From contig NW_003314320.1 of NCBI RefSeq assembly GCF_000143415.4, positions 796,819 to 860,818 on the forward strand: DNA of 64,000 nt, read 5' to 3'. The position numbers and the translations under genes are program-made. The notes under the pieces are model-generated. The model saw nothing but the letters and a program-made list of their open reading frames with translations, did not search any database and was not told the DNA's origin. The stretch is from Selaginella moellendorffii. Its lineage: Eukaryota > Plantae > Lycopodiophyta. Below are positions 12,667 to 25,909 of this stretch, in pieces. Within the stretch, counting starts at the first letter, position 1; each line of letters begins with the position of its first letter.

Positions 12667-14138
12667 CTACTCGACAGCAACTGCTGGCCTGTCTTCGTCA
12701 TCCACCTCCAGCTTAACATACTCTCGGTTTACTCGAGCAGCGTCCCTGTCCACCGGGTATGTGACGTAGAGCGCCGAGATGATCGCGATGCACGCCACAA
12801 ATGGCACGGCAATACAAAGAAACAGTCCCCGTGCCATTGCTCGTGCGTTTGACCCGCCACCACCATCCGGCTTGCTACTAAAACCGAAAACTTCCGAGAG
12901 TATTCCCACCAGAGGAGAGCCGACGGCCGCTACGGACTTCTCCAGGGCCATGTCCAGCGCGTACACAGTCGTGCGGAGCTCCGCCGGTACAATCTCCGAG
13001 AAGATGGGCCAGTTCGTCGCGGGAGAGTTCCAAGACATGAGGAAGCCCATGGCGTAGAGGACCAAGCCGTAAGCCCAGGCAAAAGATGGCCGGCTTGGAA
13101 GCCCGAGCAGGAGCAGTGCCGAGAGAGGAATCCCGACCCCGGCGCTAAACTGCGAGCAAGCGATCCGGCCAGCGTTTGGAAACCTGGCTGCTGCAACGTC
13201 GCCAACCCATCCCCCGAAGACCGATCCAAATGCGTTGCCGATGGAGAGGAGTGCCACGCACAGAGCCGCCCTGGCATGCCCGAATCCCAGGAGCTCCAGC
13301 CAGAGCGTGAAGAAAACCATGGCGTTCCATGGCGTCTGACCGACCACCCCTTGTGCCACGATGACTTGGAACGTCCTCAAGCTCAGCACGGAACGCGTGC
13401 CTCGGATCATCTCTTTCGTTTTCTCGCTGACAGACCTGCGAAGATCATTGTCACCCATTGAGCAAGAACTTCAAGCAGCAACAACGAGAAAAGAAACTTA
13501 CGTGCAATTGCCCGACGATCTAGGCGGGGTTGGATCTTTGACGATGGCATAGACAATGATCCCGAGGAGCACGCTAAGTAGAGCGACGATGAAGAACGCC
13601 ACCCTCCAGCCAGGAACTCCAGAGAAAACATTCGTGCCTGCGAGGAGTGTAGCAAAAACTCCTCCAAAGACTGTTCCCAGCTGGCCGGAAGCGTGTAGCC
13701 AGCCAAAAGCCAGCCCTCTACTCTCCTCCTTGTGGCTATCGGCCACTAAAGACTGGATCGCTGGAACAACCACGGCAAGACCAATGCCATTCACTGCCCT
13801 GGCGATCACGGCCTATGAAAATTTTATCCTTCCAAAGCTTTCAGATTTCTTCTTACCTGCCAGTAGCTCCTGGAAATTCCCACTCCCGCCGTTGCCACGC
13901 CCCACACCAGCGCGCCCAGGCCGACGATGTGCGCGCGATTGTAGGTCATGGCGAGATAGGCGGCGAGAGGCGACGCCAGGGCCTGGACGAGCGCGCGGAC
14001 GAAGGTGAGCCATCCCAGGGCCGAGGGACCGATCCCAAAGCATGCCGCGATCTCGGAGTACACAGCCGGAACGAGCGCCTCGTCCGCTCGCTCCATCATC
14101 GCAGCGGCGTTGAGCGCCAAAGACATCCTCCAGTCCAT
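12667..14138 (-). CDS. Major facilitator superfamily (Spinster-like) transporter; exons 14138-13857, 13812-13502, 13435-12667
   Basis: MERADEALVPAVY, RAVNGIGLAVVVPAIQSLVAD, FQVIVAQGVVGQTPW, SWNSPATNWPIFSEIVP, with multiple TM segments. Introns of 44 and 66 nt are phase-consistent. Confidence 0.88.
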
Positions 14139-14349
14139 AGTTTCCCGCTTATACCCTAAATTTGTTGAAGGCGTAGAAATGCGACGGATCTGTAGTTTAG
14201 TTAGGTTGCCATGTTTTGTCACAGATGAATGCTATGTCCCCCTCTGCAGTTGCGGTAGTGGCTGGTAGTTCGTGTTCGCGATGCTGGGCATCAATTCTGT
14301 TATAGCAGCTGAGCTCCATCTCCCTCAGAAATAGGCAGAGTCGTTGGCC

Positions 14350-15820
14350 TCGGAGGCAAATGGTGGAGATCACAGAACCAGAGCTTGGTGTTTGATGATC
14401 TCATACCACGGAACTACTGAGACCGTGAGAGGAGACTCTACCCAACTTGCTTCGAGCAAGTTGGGGACATTGAACATTTGATCAACGATTGTACTCCATA
14501 TGTCTCTTGCCTCTATGGATTGTCAAAGATGGTGGTTTGTAAGGAGAACCATTGCTGCAAGGCTTGCCACATTCAGAACTCTAGTCAGTTTATCAATTCA
14601 CTGTACAGTGTTTCAAGATTGTGTCCAAGCTTCTCACCCTTTCCCTAGAGTCTCAGCCATCTATGCTAGGATCTCTAGAGGGAGAAGGCTGGTTTCGAGG
14701 ATTAGAATTGGGTAAGTTGTCCTGTACAAGCTGAATTCTGCTGCCAAGAAGCGTTTGTTGATCTAGCCCACATTGAGTTGTTAAGGCTGGGCCCTAACAT
14801 TTGGCATTGTACAATGCAGTCGCTGTGACTTTTGTCATGTAGTATGTCCGCTTTACCCCCACCTGTGGACTTTTCCCTGGTGACAGTAAGATTGGTGCTC
14901 ATGATGCTATCATGATTCTCTCCTCTCGGAAACTTGTGGTCTACTGTGTAGCCAAGGTATTTTTATGTAGTTGCCTTTGTATATGAGCACACTTGGCCCA
15001 AATACACCATCACCTTTCATATTCATTATGAGCCCTATTTCATTGCAGAATGCAACTAAGGTGTCAAACTAGCATTGTAGATGGGTGGCCTTCGGATGGT
15101 GGCCAGCAGTAGAACTGAATAAGCCAAAATAGTGTAGGAGAGAGGGGACATCTTTGTCTAACTCTAGTGTCACAGTTGTCAGGTGCTTGTTTGAGAACAT
15201 CAGCTTGCACATTCTTGTATAACAATTGGATCATCTTTATTAGCTTAGGTGGAATATTGAACTAGTAGAGATGCTGAAAGAGTTTAGCTTGTGACATTGA
15301 ATGCCTTGGCAATGTCCACATAGCCCATGTAAACACAGTTAAATTGCGGCGTAACTTCACTTGGAGGGTGACCATGCAGGGCGTGAATCCCACCTGTCCC
15401 CTGGATCTACAGCCATTCGTCCTTGTCCATGTCACTAGGTGCTCAGCCACCTTTGCAAGGATCTTGGTGAAGATTGTTGATATCATAGATGTGACGGTTC
15501 GACAGGAGTGTTGGGTTTCCTGCATAGTAGATCAAGACGACTCTGCTAATGTTCCATATGGACGCTCCATTGTCTCATTGAAGAGTTGACACAAGATGGG
15601 GACCAACCAGTTGGCATCCAACAACAGGGCTGTGAATCTGCATATGTCAGCCACTTTCCAAATTCCTTCACCTAAGCTACGGTGATACTTAGCATCTCTG
15701 TCCACTGGAACTATTCTAGCAATGTGCTCCCAAGCTTGTATATCTGTCATATATGCTGGATCTAAAGCACTGCATTCTCGATGACTACTGACAGTAAAAT
15801 GAAGTGTACTTGCCAATTAC
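14350..15820 (-). mobile_element. Degenerate non-LTR (LINE) reverse-transcriptase remnant
   Basis: Broken frames retain RT motifs: ISTIFTKILAKV...RGQVGF, YVDIAKAFN (~15300-15325), CPLSPTLF (~15130-15150), KYLG (~14955). Boundaries approximate. Confidence 0.7.
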
Positions 15821-18149
15821 AGTTTTCTTTCTTCTGTAAATAATATTAAATTATTATTATTTTGCAGATTAAGAATGCAATATTGTGTATATGATATTAT
15901 TTTACCATTCAATAAAACATTTCGAAAGATTCTTTTTGATATGTCCACATAATGTTGAGATTAAAAATGGACCTTTATGCAAAACATAATCAGAAAAACC
16001 TGCATTAAAAATTATTTGAGCAATTTGACATTTTAGTATTATTAACAGGTTTCCAATGAATTACTAATGCATAATAAATTAAATACTTATTAGATATTAT
16101 TTTACATTCACAGACTGGGCTTTAAGTAAATCCTTTAAATTTTTTATTAATACTTCTTTTATTGACCTTTTTAGACCTCTAAATATATAATTATATTTTG
16201 TATTTCCATTTGAACAATATCCAATAACAAAATGTTGTATTCTTATTACAATATCAACCATCAATATCTATTAGAATTTGAGTTAGATACTATATAGTTC
16301 TCATATTTATTGATAATGGTGTTAATATCATTTTCAGTAAGTATATTATTTCTCCCCATCTTAAATTTATTATTCCAGAAAAAAATTTATTTAAGAAATA
16401 AAAATATTATTTAAATATGATTTATTTAATATTTACACATATAATTGAAAAATAATAGTGAGTAAATAAATATTATATTATGAGGTCCAAGTGTACAGCT
16501 ACAATGCCATATCCTAATATTAGCGTAGTGTGATTTTGGTAGCCATTAGATTGGTTTCAATTTGGATTATTCAATCCTATATATAAGCTAGGTTTTTGGG
16601 TTAATTAATATGCACATTTTTTGTATTTCCTTTCCATATTTTATACACTCACATTGGTGGAATTGAGGGACAACTTTGATTGTCTCTAAAGAGTGCTTAA
16701 ATTTGGGATTTTGGTTTAGATCTAGCTTTTGCATTATCTAGATCTAGCTTTTTCCATTTTCTTTTATTTGTTTTTTTCTTTCGAGATTTTGGTTTAGATT
16801 TAGCTTTTGCATTATCTAGATCTCCCTTTCTTTCTAGCTTTTTTCATTTCTGTTATTTTACTTTTTCCTTTTTCCTTTTCATTCATCTTCATGGTAAAGC
16901 AGCAATTTCCTCCTCCTTTAATTTTGGAGTAGCAATTAGTGCAATTGCTCGATGCTATATGATTGTAGTTGAACGATCAAACTCAGTTAATGGCAGTATT
17001 ACGTGGTATAGCTCCTCTTGCTGTTGGTGCCAATCTTCGCGTTCGGTTAGAGTTTTTTCGTGAGAATCCTAGAGATGATGTGTACCATTGATTCAATCAC
17101 TTCATGATGATTGCCACATATCATTTTTAGGATGATGCTCGATGTTTACATGAGTTTTCCACGTGTCTTCAAGAGATGACATTGCAATGGTACAATGGTT
17201 TGAGCATAGCCACTTGTGAGGATTAGAGTATTCTCTTGAAAGTTTTCAAATACGCATTAGGGCATGCCGACGATTGTGAGGGTGCCTTCCAACAATTGCA
17301 TCGTCTTTATCAATAACCATCTAAGTTGGTGATGCAATTTGGTGTTCTTTTCTGAAGCCTCTTGCTTGTTACAGGAAAAATATATTAAAGTGGATCAAAC
17401 TGAGAATGTCGTGGCCAACACTTATGTTTCCGTCTTGTTCCGCTCTTCCCTTTACTGATCCCTTGGACAGTCTTTTGCAATAGTTGACCAGCTTATGAAA
17501 GAGTATGCTAATTTCTTTGAATTTGACTTATCATCTAGGGCCAAGATTGCCACTCCTCATTTGATTCCCACCAAGGATGCTCGTCCAATCAAGGTTCATG
17601 TTTGTCATCAGTCACCTAAAGAGATCAAGATTTTATGTGCAAACATCAAGGAGGTGTTGGAAAAGGGTGTTATTTGAAAGTCATGGAGTCCTTAGGCATG
17701 TGAACTTCATTTTGTGATAAAGCCTGATGGGAGTATTTGTTTTTGCATTGACTATCATTTATTAAACAAAGTGACAATTTCCAATATATACCAATTTCCT
17801 CACATTGCTAATCTCTTGGATCATTTGGGGAGAAGTTTTTAATTCATCAAGTTAGATCTTGTTTCTAGGTACTAGCAAGTACTAATGGCCAAAGAAAATA
17901 TTCCTAAGACTACATTTTGTACATTGTTTGGTTTATATGAGTTTTTGGTGATGTCGTTTGGTTTGAACAATGCTCTAGCAACTTTCTAGTAGATGATGGA
18001 CGTGTAAGCAACCAAAGGGAACGATTCGAGAGACAATCCATAGGGGTTCAAATATAGAGGGAAAGGGCCCATGAACAAGAGTGCACCCCCTTTTCCAAAC
18101 GGTTAAGGGTCTTGGGATATTTGAGGTTAAGTGTCCTTGAGTGTGAATA

Positions 18150-19698
18150 TGTAAGCAACTAATTTTTCCATTTTACTTTAGTCACTTAACCACACCTCCG
18201 ACCACTTGGAGGAGTCTCATTCACCACCTCCATAAGTCCAGTTCAGGACTTGGGACTTGCTAGCCCCGAGAATGGCATCTATGCCACTCAACATTTGCAC
18301 TTGGTCCAAGTGCTCCATGTGTCTGATCCCATGACCGACACTCAAAGGTACTACCTGTTATGCTAAGGCCATGCCCAATCACCTTTGCCACACTGGTAGT
18401 CCAATACCACTTGCATCACAGTCTTGGCTCTCCAAGACTAGGCAATCCATCCGTGAGTGGTCATCTCAGATCCACTCCTTAGCATCCTTAGGATGCCCAC
18501 CGACAAAGGGAATAGCCTTCCCCAATATCCCTCTATCAGTCCCCACTAAGTCCCTTTCTGCCCCTGGCCGTGTTTGCCAACACTGCCACTAGATCGAGAC
18601 CCACAGGCCTGACCACTAAGTCCCACGGTCCTTTGGGACTTCCTCACCACACGACTGTGTCCTTGGTCACTACCCCAGAGGACTGCTCCTCTTCCTTTCC
18701 ACAGTCTGGGCCTTTGGGACAACATTTCGGAACACCATGGCCTTACGCAAGCCACCTGGGTACTCTCCTCGCCTTCTGCCCTTGGGTGCTCTAGCCATGG
18801 GCTTAGAGCGAGGTTCTATTGAGCCACGCCTGGTATCCAAGTAGGTAGTGCCACCCACACTTGGACTAGGAGCATCGGCCAGTCGATCTCCCGGGGGAAC
18901 TAGAGCCGACTCTTGAACACTTCACCAAGCTACCCCGCTTGTCGGTCCGTGTTCACTCTAGTCTTGGACTTCTCAGTGGTCAGTTCATCACCCAACACTG
19001 GGTCTGGCCTTCCTGGGCCAAACTGGCCTTTCCTGGCCAAACTGGCTCCACTAGGCTCCAACCCCCACACTCTCCCTACTATACTTTTGGAACCCCCCGC
19101 AGCCCCCCCCCCCCCTTGGGGGACGATCGCTTTGGGCTTTCACCCAACTGCCTGTATTAGTATTCGGACTCGGACTCGGGCTCGAACTCGGACTCGGACT
19201 CGGTCTCGGTCTCGGTCTCGGCCTCGGTCTCGGTCTCGGTCTCGGTTCCATCTCGGACTCCATCTCAGACTCCATCTCGGGTCCATCTCGGACTCCATCT
19301 CGGGTCCATCTCGGACTCCATCTCGGGTCCCTCTCAGACTCCATCTCGGACTCCATCTCGGGTCCATCTCGGACTCCATCTCAGGTCCATCTCGGACTCC
19401 ATCTCGGGTCCCTCTCGGACTCCATCTCGGACTCCATCTCGGGTCCATCTCGGACTCCATCTCGGACTCTTCCACGTGTCATGTGTTGGTCCTTTTGGGT
19501 CCCTTTTTGGAGCCTCGCTTATTGCTCACTTCATGCTCATTCCTCGAGCACTTCGTTAGGAGTTCCACTCCCGCTCTCGACCTTTCAAGTTGGAGCTTTT
19601 GGCCCAAACGTGTTACACTCGTTTGGCTTTCGCTTCAGCCACTATCACGTGGCACCCTTCCGGCCCCACTTTGGGGCCTAGGGATTTTGTGTCTCACA
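18150..19698. mobile_element. 1549-bp solo LTR inserted into the 5S domain of the TRIM 5' LTR
   Basis: TG...CA termini, perfect 5-bp TSD GAATA (18145-18149 / 19699-19703). Related sequence at 22603-25962 and 42026-42480. Confidence 0.88.
19164..19468. repeat. Tandem hexamer (GACTCG/GTCTCG) and 12-mer (CTCCATCTCGGA/G) arrays inside the LTR
   Basis: Read directly. Degenerate reverse-complement equivalents at 22850-23045 and 42105-42370. Confidence 0.9.
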
Positions 19699-22600
19699 GA
19701 ATAGTACTGGGTTGGGTGACCTCCCGGGAAGTCCAAACTTAGGAGCTTACATTTGGTATCAAAGCGGTCTCGGGTCCGACTTTGTTGGTTGGCTAAAGGA
19801 ATCACACCATATGTTGATTGACATCTGGCTGGTCTAGTTTTCTCCCACTGGGCTCGACCCGAGGGGTAGGGTGTCAAGAGAGCGAGGCTCTCGGGAGAGC
19901 TACGGCTCTCAACTTCCGTTCATGAGGGCATGAATTTGCAGGGAAGTGTGGTGGATTGTAAGCAACCAAAGGGAATGATTCGAGAGACGATCCATAAGGG
20001 TTCAAATATAGAGGGAAAGGGTCCATGAACAAGAGTGCACCCCCTTTTCCAAACGGTTAAGGGTCTTGGGATATTTGGGGTTAAGTGTCCTTGAGTGTGA
20101 ATAGTACTCGGCTGGGTGACTTCCCGGGAAGTCCAAACTTAGGAGCTTACAAGACGAGGTTCTATATTGATGCTATTTGGTTTGAACAATGCTTTAGTGA
20201 TTTTTTAGCGGATGATGGACGAGGTTCTTTGCAATATGCCAAAGGTGATTACTGACTTCATTGATGATGTTTTGATCCATTTGGAGGGGACATAAGAGGA
20301 ACACGTCCATGATGTTTGTATAGTGTTGGATTGGTTACGGGAAGTTGGTTTAAAGCTGAAGCAGTTGAAGTGCATGTTTAAATCTAAAGATATAACTTAT
20401 CTTGGGTACCATATTTTTCATGAGGGTTTGCAAGTTGATCCTGATAAACTTGTGGTTGTTCTAAAGTTCCTTATTCTGAAGTGTATGAATGATGTACAAC
20501 ACTTCCTAGGCAAGGTGTAGTATCTTGATTGTTTTGTTGATCATCTTTTTTATCACACTACACTATTGTGAGCATTGTTGAAGTCATCAATGTCATCTTT
20601 CATTTGGTCTGTAGACTGTGAGCAGGTGTTCATGGATCTTAAAGAGCTATTGACGACTTCTCAGGTTTTAGCATATTCTGACTACACTCAATTTTTCATT
20701 TTGCATGTGGATGCTTTTCATATTGGTTTTGGAAGTGTATTGATGCAAGAGAGCCTGAGTGTGCCTAATTAGTGCCATCCCATTACATATATAAGCCATA
20801 TATTACAACTAGCAGAGGCAAACTACTCCACAACAGAGAAGGAGTGTTTAGCACCAGTCTAGGATTTTGAGAAACTTCATGTATAACTATATGGTTTTTG
20901 GATGTTATTGGAAGGTGATCATGTTGCCATTACTTCATTATTGAAGCGGAAGAACTTAGTTGGTTATATTGTTTGATAGGCTTTGAAGCTTTAGATATAT
21001 AATTTTGATATTGTTCATTGCCCAAGGAGTTTTATGTCTAATGTTGATGCCTTTTCTCGAGCTCCTCTTCCTTCTTCACTCTTTTCTCATATTTCTAATA
21101 AACCTATTGTTCAAGCATTTGTGGATTTTTTATACAAAGATTCCATATTATTAATGGTTGTTGTATTTGATGTTCAGTATTCACAAGGTGTAGAGCAAGA
21201 TCTACCTAGACCAAGAGCAAGGTGTTTAGTAACAGTTTGGGGTTTCAGAAAACCTCATGCATATCTACATAATTTTTAGACATTGTTAAAAAGTGATCAT
21301 ACTACAGTTACTTCATTATTGAAGTGGAAGAATTTGGTTAGTCGTTCTGCTTAGTGGGATTTGAAACTTCAGATATATAATTTTGATGTTGTTCATCACC
21401 CGGGGAGTTTTATAGCTAATGCTGATGCTCTTCTCGAGCTCCTCTTCCTTCTTCACTCTTTTCTTATATTTCTGATAAGCATGTTGTTCTAGCATTTGTG
21501 GATTTTTTATATAAGGATTCCATACTATCAGTGATTGTTGTACTTGATGTTCAGTGTCCATAAGGTGTAGAATAAGATTTACCTTCTCTTAATGAGGTTT
21601 ATGAAGTTTAAAATATTGAGCTATAAATTCAAAGGCTTTGTAATGGTTTGTGATGACTTGCTATTTTGGCATTTACATTCACAATATTGCCTTGAAAATG
21701 GTCTTCTTTATTTTGTGGGGATGGATCTTAATGATTATTTATGGTTGATAGTGCCTTTGATTTTTATTCCACGCTTTCTCCACACTTACTATGATTATTC
21801 TATTTTAGGCATACATATGGTTATGTGACCAAAAAGCTGCATAGGTCTTTTTATTGATTGGAGATATGACATGATGTTATTCAGTATATGTGTAATTGGA
21901 TTTGGTGCCAAATTTATAATACTCCCCTTTATGCAGTGGAAGGATGGTTAGAGTCAATTGTTGTTTCTAATCCATTTGAGTTGGTGGCATTTGATCTTAT
22001 GGGACTTTTTCCACTATTGCCTACTAGCAATGAGTATGTCATTATTGCTTATGACTACTTGACTTGCTAGGTGGAAGTCAGTGCTCTTGCCAGTGTGTCT
22101 ACAATTCTATTGAATACTTCCTCCTTAATCGAGTGATGTTCCAGCATTCATGTCTAGAGTGGATTCTTTCAGATAATGGTCCCACATTTATGGTTGAAGC
22201 ATTTCACATTTGGACTTCTCGATTGGGGATATGTCACACTTTCATGAGTGCTTATTATCCACAGTTAAACAGTTTAGTGGAATGGCTCGTTTGGACCTTC
22301 AAAGGGATTATTGTAAAGTATATGAACTTTTAGTATTTCGATTAGGATGGTTATTTGCCGTTTCTTTGGTATGCATCTGTCACAAGGGTGTAGAGTTTTG
22401 TTAGTGCTTCACTATATAAACTCCTATATGGTCATGATCCAATACTACCAATAGAGTTGGGTGTACCTTCACAATTGCTTGCAAGCTGCTGATGCTAAGT
22501 TATGGGATTAGTATTTGACGAACATTCTTCCACTTATTTGACTAAAGCTTGCCAAACACCTAGGCCACATATAAATGGGACAACAACAACACTACAACTC

Positions 22601-25096
22601 CCTATAAGACACAAATCCTTATGCCTCAAAATGGAGCCGAAAAGGTGCCACATGGCTGTGGTCAAAGTGGAAATCAAAATGAGCGTAACATGTTTGGATT
22701 AAATATTCCGACGTGAAAAGTCAAGTGGGAGTAGAACTCCTAAAGAAGTGCTTGAGGAATGAGTACAAAACAATTAGTGAACAAGTCTCTAGAAAAGGAC
22801 ACAAGAGGGACCAACACATGGCAAGTTTTATGACACACAGGGAAGTGTTGGGATGGAGTTTAAGATGGAGTCTGAGAAGGGATCAAAGATAGAGTCTAAG
22901 ATGGAATCCAAGAAGGAGTCCAAGAAGGAGTCTGAGATGGGGACTGAGATTGAGATCGAGACTGAGATCGAGACCGAGATTGTGTCCGAGTCCGGGTCTA
23001 AATTCGAGTTTGAGTCCAAATCCAAATCCGAGTCCGAGTCCAAGTCTGTCGCGAATGTGACTTTGGGTATCAAAACTTACCTGTCGGCCAGTCCTTACAG
23101 ACACTCTTTCGTTACTGCCATGACGGCAGGAGGTCGGTATTACTGGACCCTTTATTAATCCCTCTTGTGCTAGTGGAGTTAACTAGGCATTTCAAGTATA
23201 CTTAGACCGGACGATCATAAGGACGAAATTCTTACATGCTATTAGCTAAGCATACTTAGCCTGATATGGAGTTCCTATCTCGTTGTGTCTTGCATTGGCT
23301 AGTGACAAGAACCCTCATGTATTGAGATTAGTCCCTTAATATTGTTACATGATAGTTTACTATGTCTGCCAAAACACCCTCACTATCATGCCCCTTGTGT
23401 TAGTATCATTCCGGTCCCAAATGCTATTTATAGAAAGTGTCCAGATTTGCTCATTTGGCATATCTATAGAATGTAGAGATTGTCTTGAACACAATGGTGT
23501 TCATCCCATGTCCAAATTCGCAATCTAAAAACATTCTATATTTAATAAGTTTCAAGCTTGATCCAAAGACTGACTCTTGATACTAAGGGAGGCTTAAGGT
23601 GAAAGCCCAAAGCGTGTGTTCTTCAAGGGGGGGGGGGCAAGGGGGTTCCAAATATATAGTAAGGATAGTGGGTAGGTTGGGTATGGCCAACCAACATGAG
23701 GTATAATTTAGCTCCCGCTTGTGTGCTTGTTCTTGTTTTGCATCTGGCTTAGGTCTAAACCTAAGTTCCATTCCATGTTAGCTACCTACACTTGGATTGG
23801 GAACATTAACCATTCAATCTCCTAGGGGAGATAAAGCCACCTTTTGAATAATTCACCAAATTACCCCATTTGTCCATTTATGTTCGCTCTAGCTTTGTAG
23901 TGGTTATATCATCACCCACTATATGGGTATAGCCTTTTTTGATCATATTAGCCTTTCTTAGCCAAATTAGTTCCATTATAGTTGTCCTTTTACTATCCTT
24001 TTAGAGTTCACCAGACACCCTAGAATCTAGGAAATGATTGCTTTAGGCTTTCACCCTCAAACTGAGACTCAAACTTAGACTTTGTAGTGCCACGTGGTTT
24101 TTACCCTTTATCCTATGGTGATTTACTATAGGATAACACCACGAAGTAGAACCTAAACCCTCCATATGCCATGTGTTAGATGCCATGTGTCACATGCCAC
24201 GTGTTCATTGGACAGTGGACATTGGATAGGTTCAAGGCGTTGGGCCGTTGAATAAAGGAATGGTGCTAAACTCCCAAGCATGGAGCCAAGGAGTGACGGA
24301 ACCGGATCACGGAGCAACTCCCTAACATACAGCCCAAGGAGCAAAGGGACAAAAGCACGAAATGACTTAGAACAGTCCTAAAGTATCCAGTGTCCTAATG
24401 CCATAATCAACATGCAAAAATGGAGCCAAACGGAGTTTAGCCCTATTTTGGCATACCAGTGGCCTAACACAAGGATGTGAGTACTCTAGTGTGGCTTATT
24501 GGAACAGCCACATGGCTAAGGCACTTAGAAGCAGAAGGTGGGGAGAGTACCCACAATGCTCGTGTTAGGCCGTGGTGTTTCGAAATGTTATCCCAAAATC
24601 CCGGACTGTGGAAAAAAAGAGGAGCAATTCTCTTGTGTAGTGATGAAGGATACAATTACATGGCAAGGAAGGCATAAAGGTCAATAAGACTTAGTGGTCA
24701 GGTCTTTGGGCCCTAACTCAGTGGTGGTGTTGGCAAGCATAGCCTTGGATGGAAAGGGAATTAATGAAGACTAAAAAAGGGATATTGGGAAAGAGTGTTT
24801 TTTATGTCTCCTGGCATCCTAAGGATGCTAAAGTGTGGTTATGGGATAACCACTTATGGACGGATGACCCAATCTTTGGGAGACGAGACTATAGTATAAG
24901 TGGTTTTAGGGTATGCACAAGACAAAGGTGAATAATTATAATTTTAGTGTAACGGGCTAATATATCAATGGTACCTTTGGGTGTTTATTGTGGGATCAAA
25001 TATATGGAGCATTTAGACTAAGTGCAAAAGTTGAGTGGTATAGATGCCATTTACAGGGCTAATATATCCCTAAGTCAAAAAAACTTATAAAGGTTG

Positions 25097-25909
25097 TGTA
25101 GTGTATGTGATTATGGGATGAGATTTGAATATACTGTCACCATGGATCCTTGGAACTTTAGGGGATAAATGGGGATAAAATAGCCACTAAGGGCTCTCTC
25201 ATCAAACAATTGCTCCTTTTCCAATTGGCTTAAAGGGAAAGAGATAGAGTGCGTTACAGTTGGTATCGGAGCAAATGGCACGGGTTCGATTCCCATTGAT
25301 TAGTGGCTACTTAAAAATATAATACACCCTTGAGCAAGGTATATTCCTACCCCTAAATTTGAAATCGTACATATTAGACATCCATGCGTACGTCTTTCCT
25401 CTTGTGTGGAGTATTCATGGACGAAGGTATCCACCGTGGGACTACGGTACGGGTGGATGACTAGTTGCTTCACATGGAATAACTGGTCTACACAATGGAA
25501 GGATTGGTAGATTGAGTGTAGGTATCCACCGTGAGACTACGGTACGGGTGGATGACTAGTTGCCTCACATGGAATAATTGGTCTACACAATGGAAGGATT
25601 GGTAGATTGAGTGTAGGTATCCACCGTGGGACTACGGTACGGGTGGATGACTAGTTGCCTCACATGGAATAATTGGTCTACACAATGGAAGGATTGGTAG
25701 ATTGAGTGTGAAAATGGAGGTGTTGGTTCCCCTTGGCTTAGTAGGGGTTGTTAGTCAATAGTCAATGAGGATATTGACATCTCTAAAGGGATCATGGGAT
25801 AAAATTTGGATATACTGTTACTATGGATGGGCTCTCTTATCAAACAATTGCCCCTTTTCCAGTTGGTGCGCTACAAAACAATTGCCCCTTTTCCAGTTGG
25901 TGCGCTACA
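25097..25909 (+). mobile_element. Second TRIM-like mini LTR element nested in the degenerate LTR
   Basis: TGTAG...CTACA termini, TSD GGTTG (25092-25096 / 25910-25914), 5' LTR ending gcgttaca at 25258, PBS TGGTATCGGAGC at 25261, similar 3' LTR ~25777-25909 with a duplicated 34-bp end. Confidence 0.78.
25425..25709. repeat. 3 x 95-bp near-identical tandem repeat inside the TRIM
   Basis: Unit aggtatccaccgt...gattgagtgt starts at 25425, 25520 and 25615. Confidence 0.92.

Larger units (their letters stand above)
18003..20151 (+). mobile_element. Cassandra-like TRIM with 5S-rRNA-derived segment in 195-bp LTRs (5' LTR 18003-18149 + 19704-19751; 3' LTR 19957-20151)
   Basis: TGTAAG...CTTACA termini, PBS TGGTATCAAAGC (iMet type) at 19754, PPT before 19957, ~205-bp noncoding interior, TSD GGACG/AGACG splitting the host RT codons. 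LTR bases 20080-20134 match the plant 5S rRNA 3' half (46/55 ungapped against the consensus as I recall it). Confidence 0.85.

Noticed and set aside
15690-15712. PVDRDA peptide shared with the MFS C-terminus
   Set aside because: A six-residue match within LINE-like sequence with no extended similarity; treated as chance.
18913-19704. SR-rich or repeat proteins (also 22853-23158 and 42086-42599)
   Set aside because: These ORFs are artefacts of stop-free 6/12-mer arrays inside LTRs.
20080-20134. Functional 5S rRNA gene
   Set aside because: Only ~55 nt of the 3' half is present, with substitutions, and it is embedded in LTRs.
25261-25295. tRNA gene
   Set aside because: A PBS plus B-box-like motif only; no cloverleaf.
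25425-25709. CRISPR array
   Set aside because: Whole 95-bp units are near-identical, with no unique spacers.
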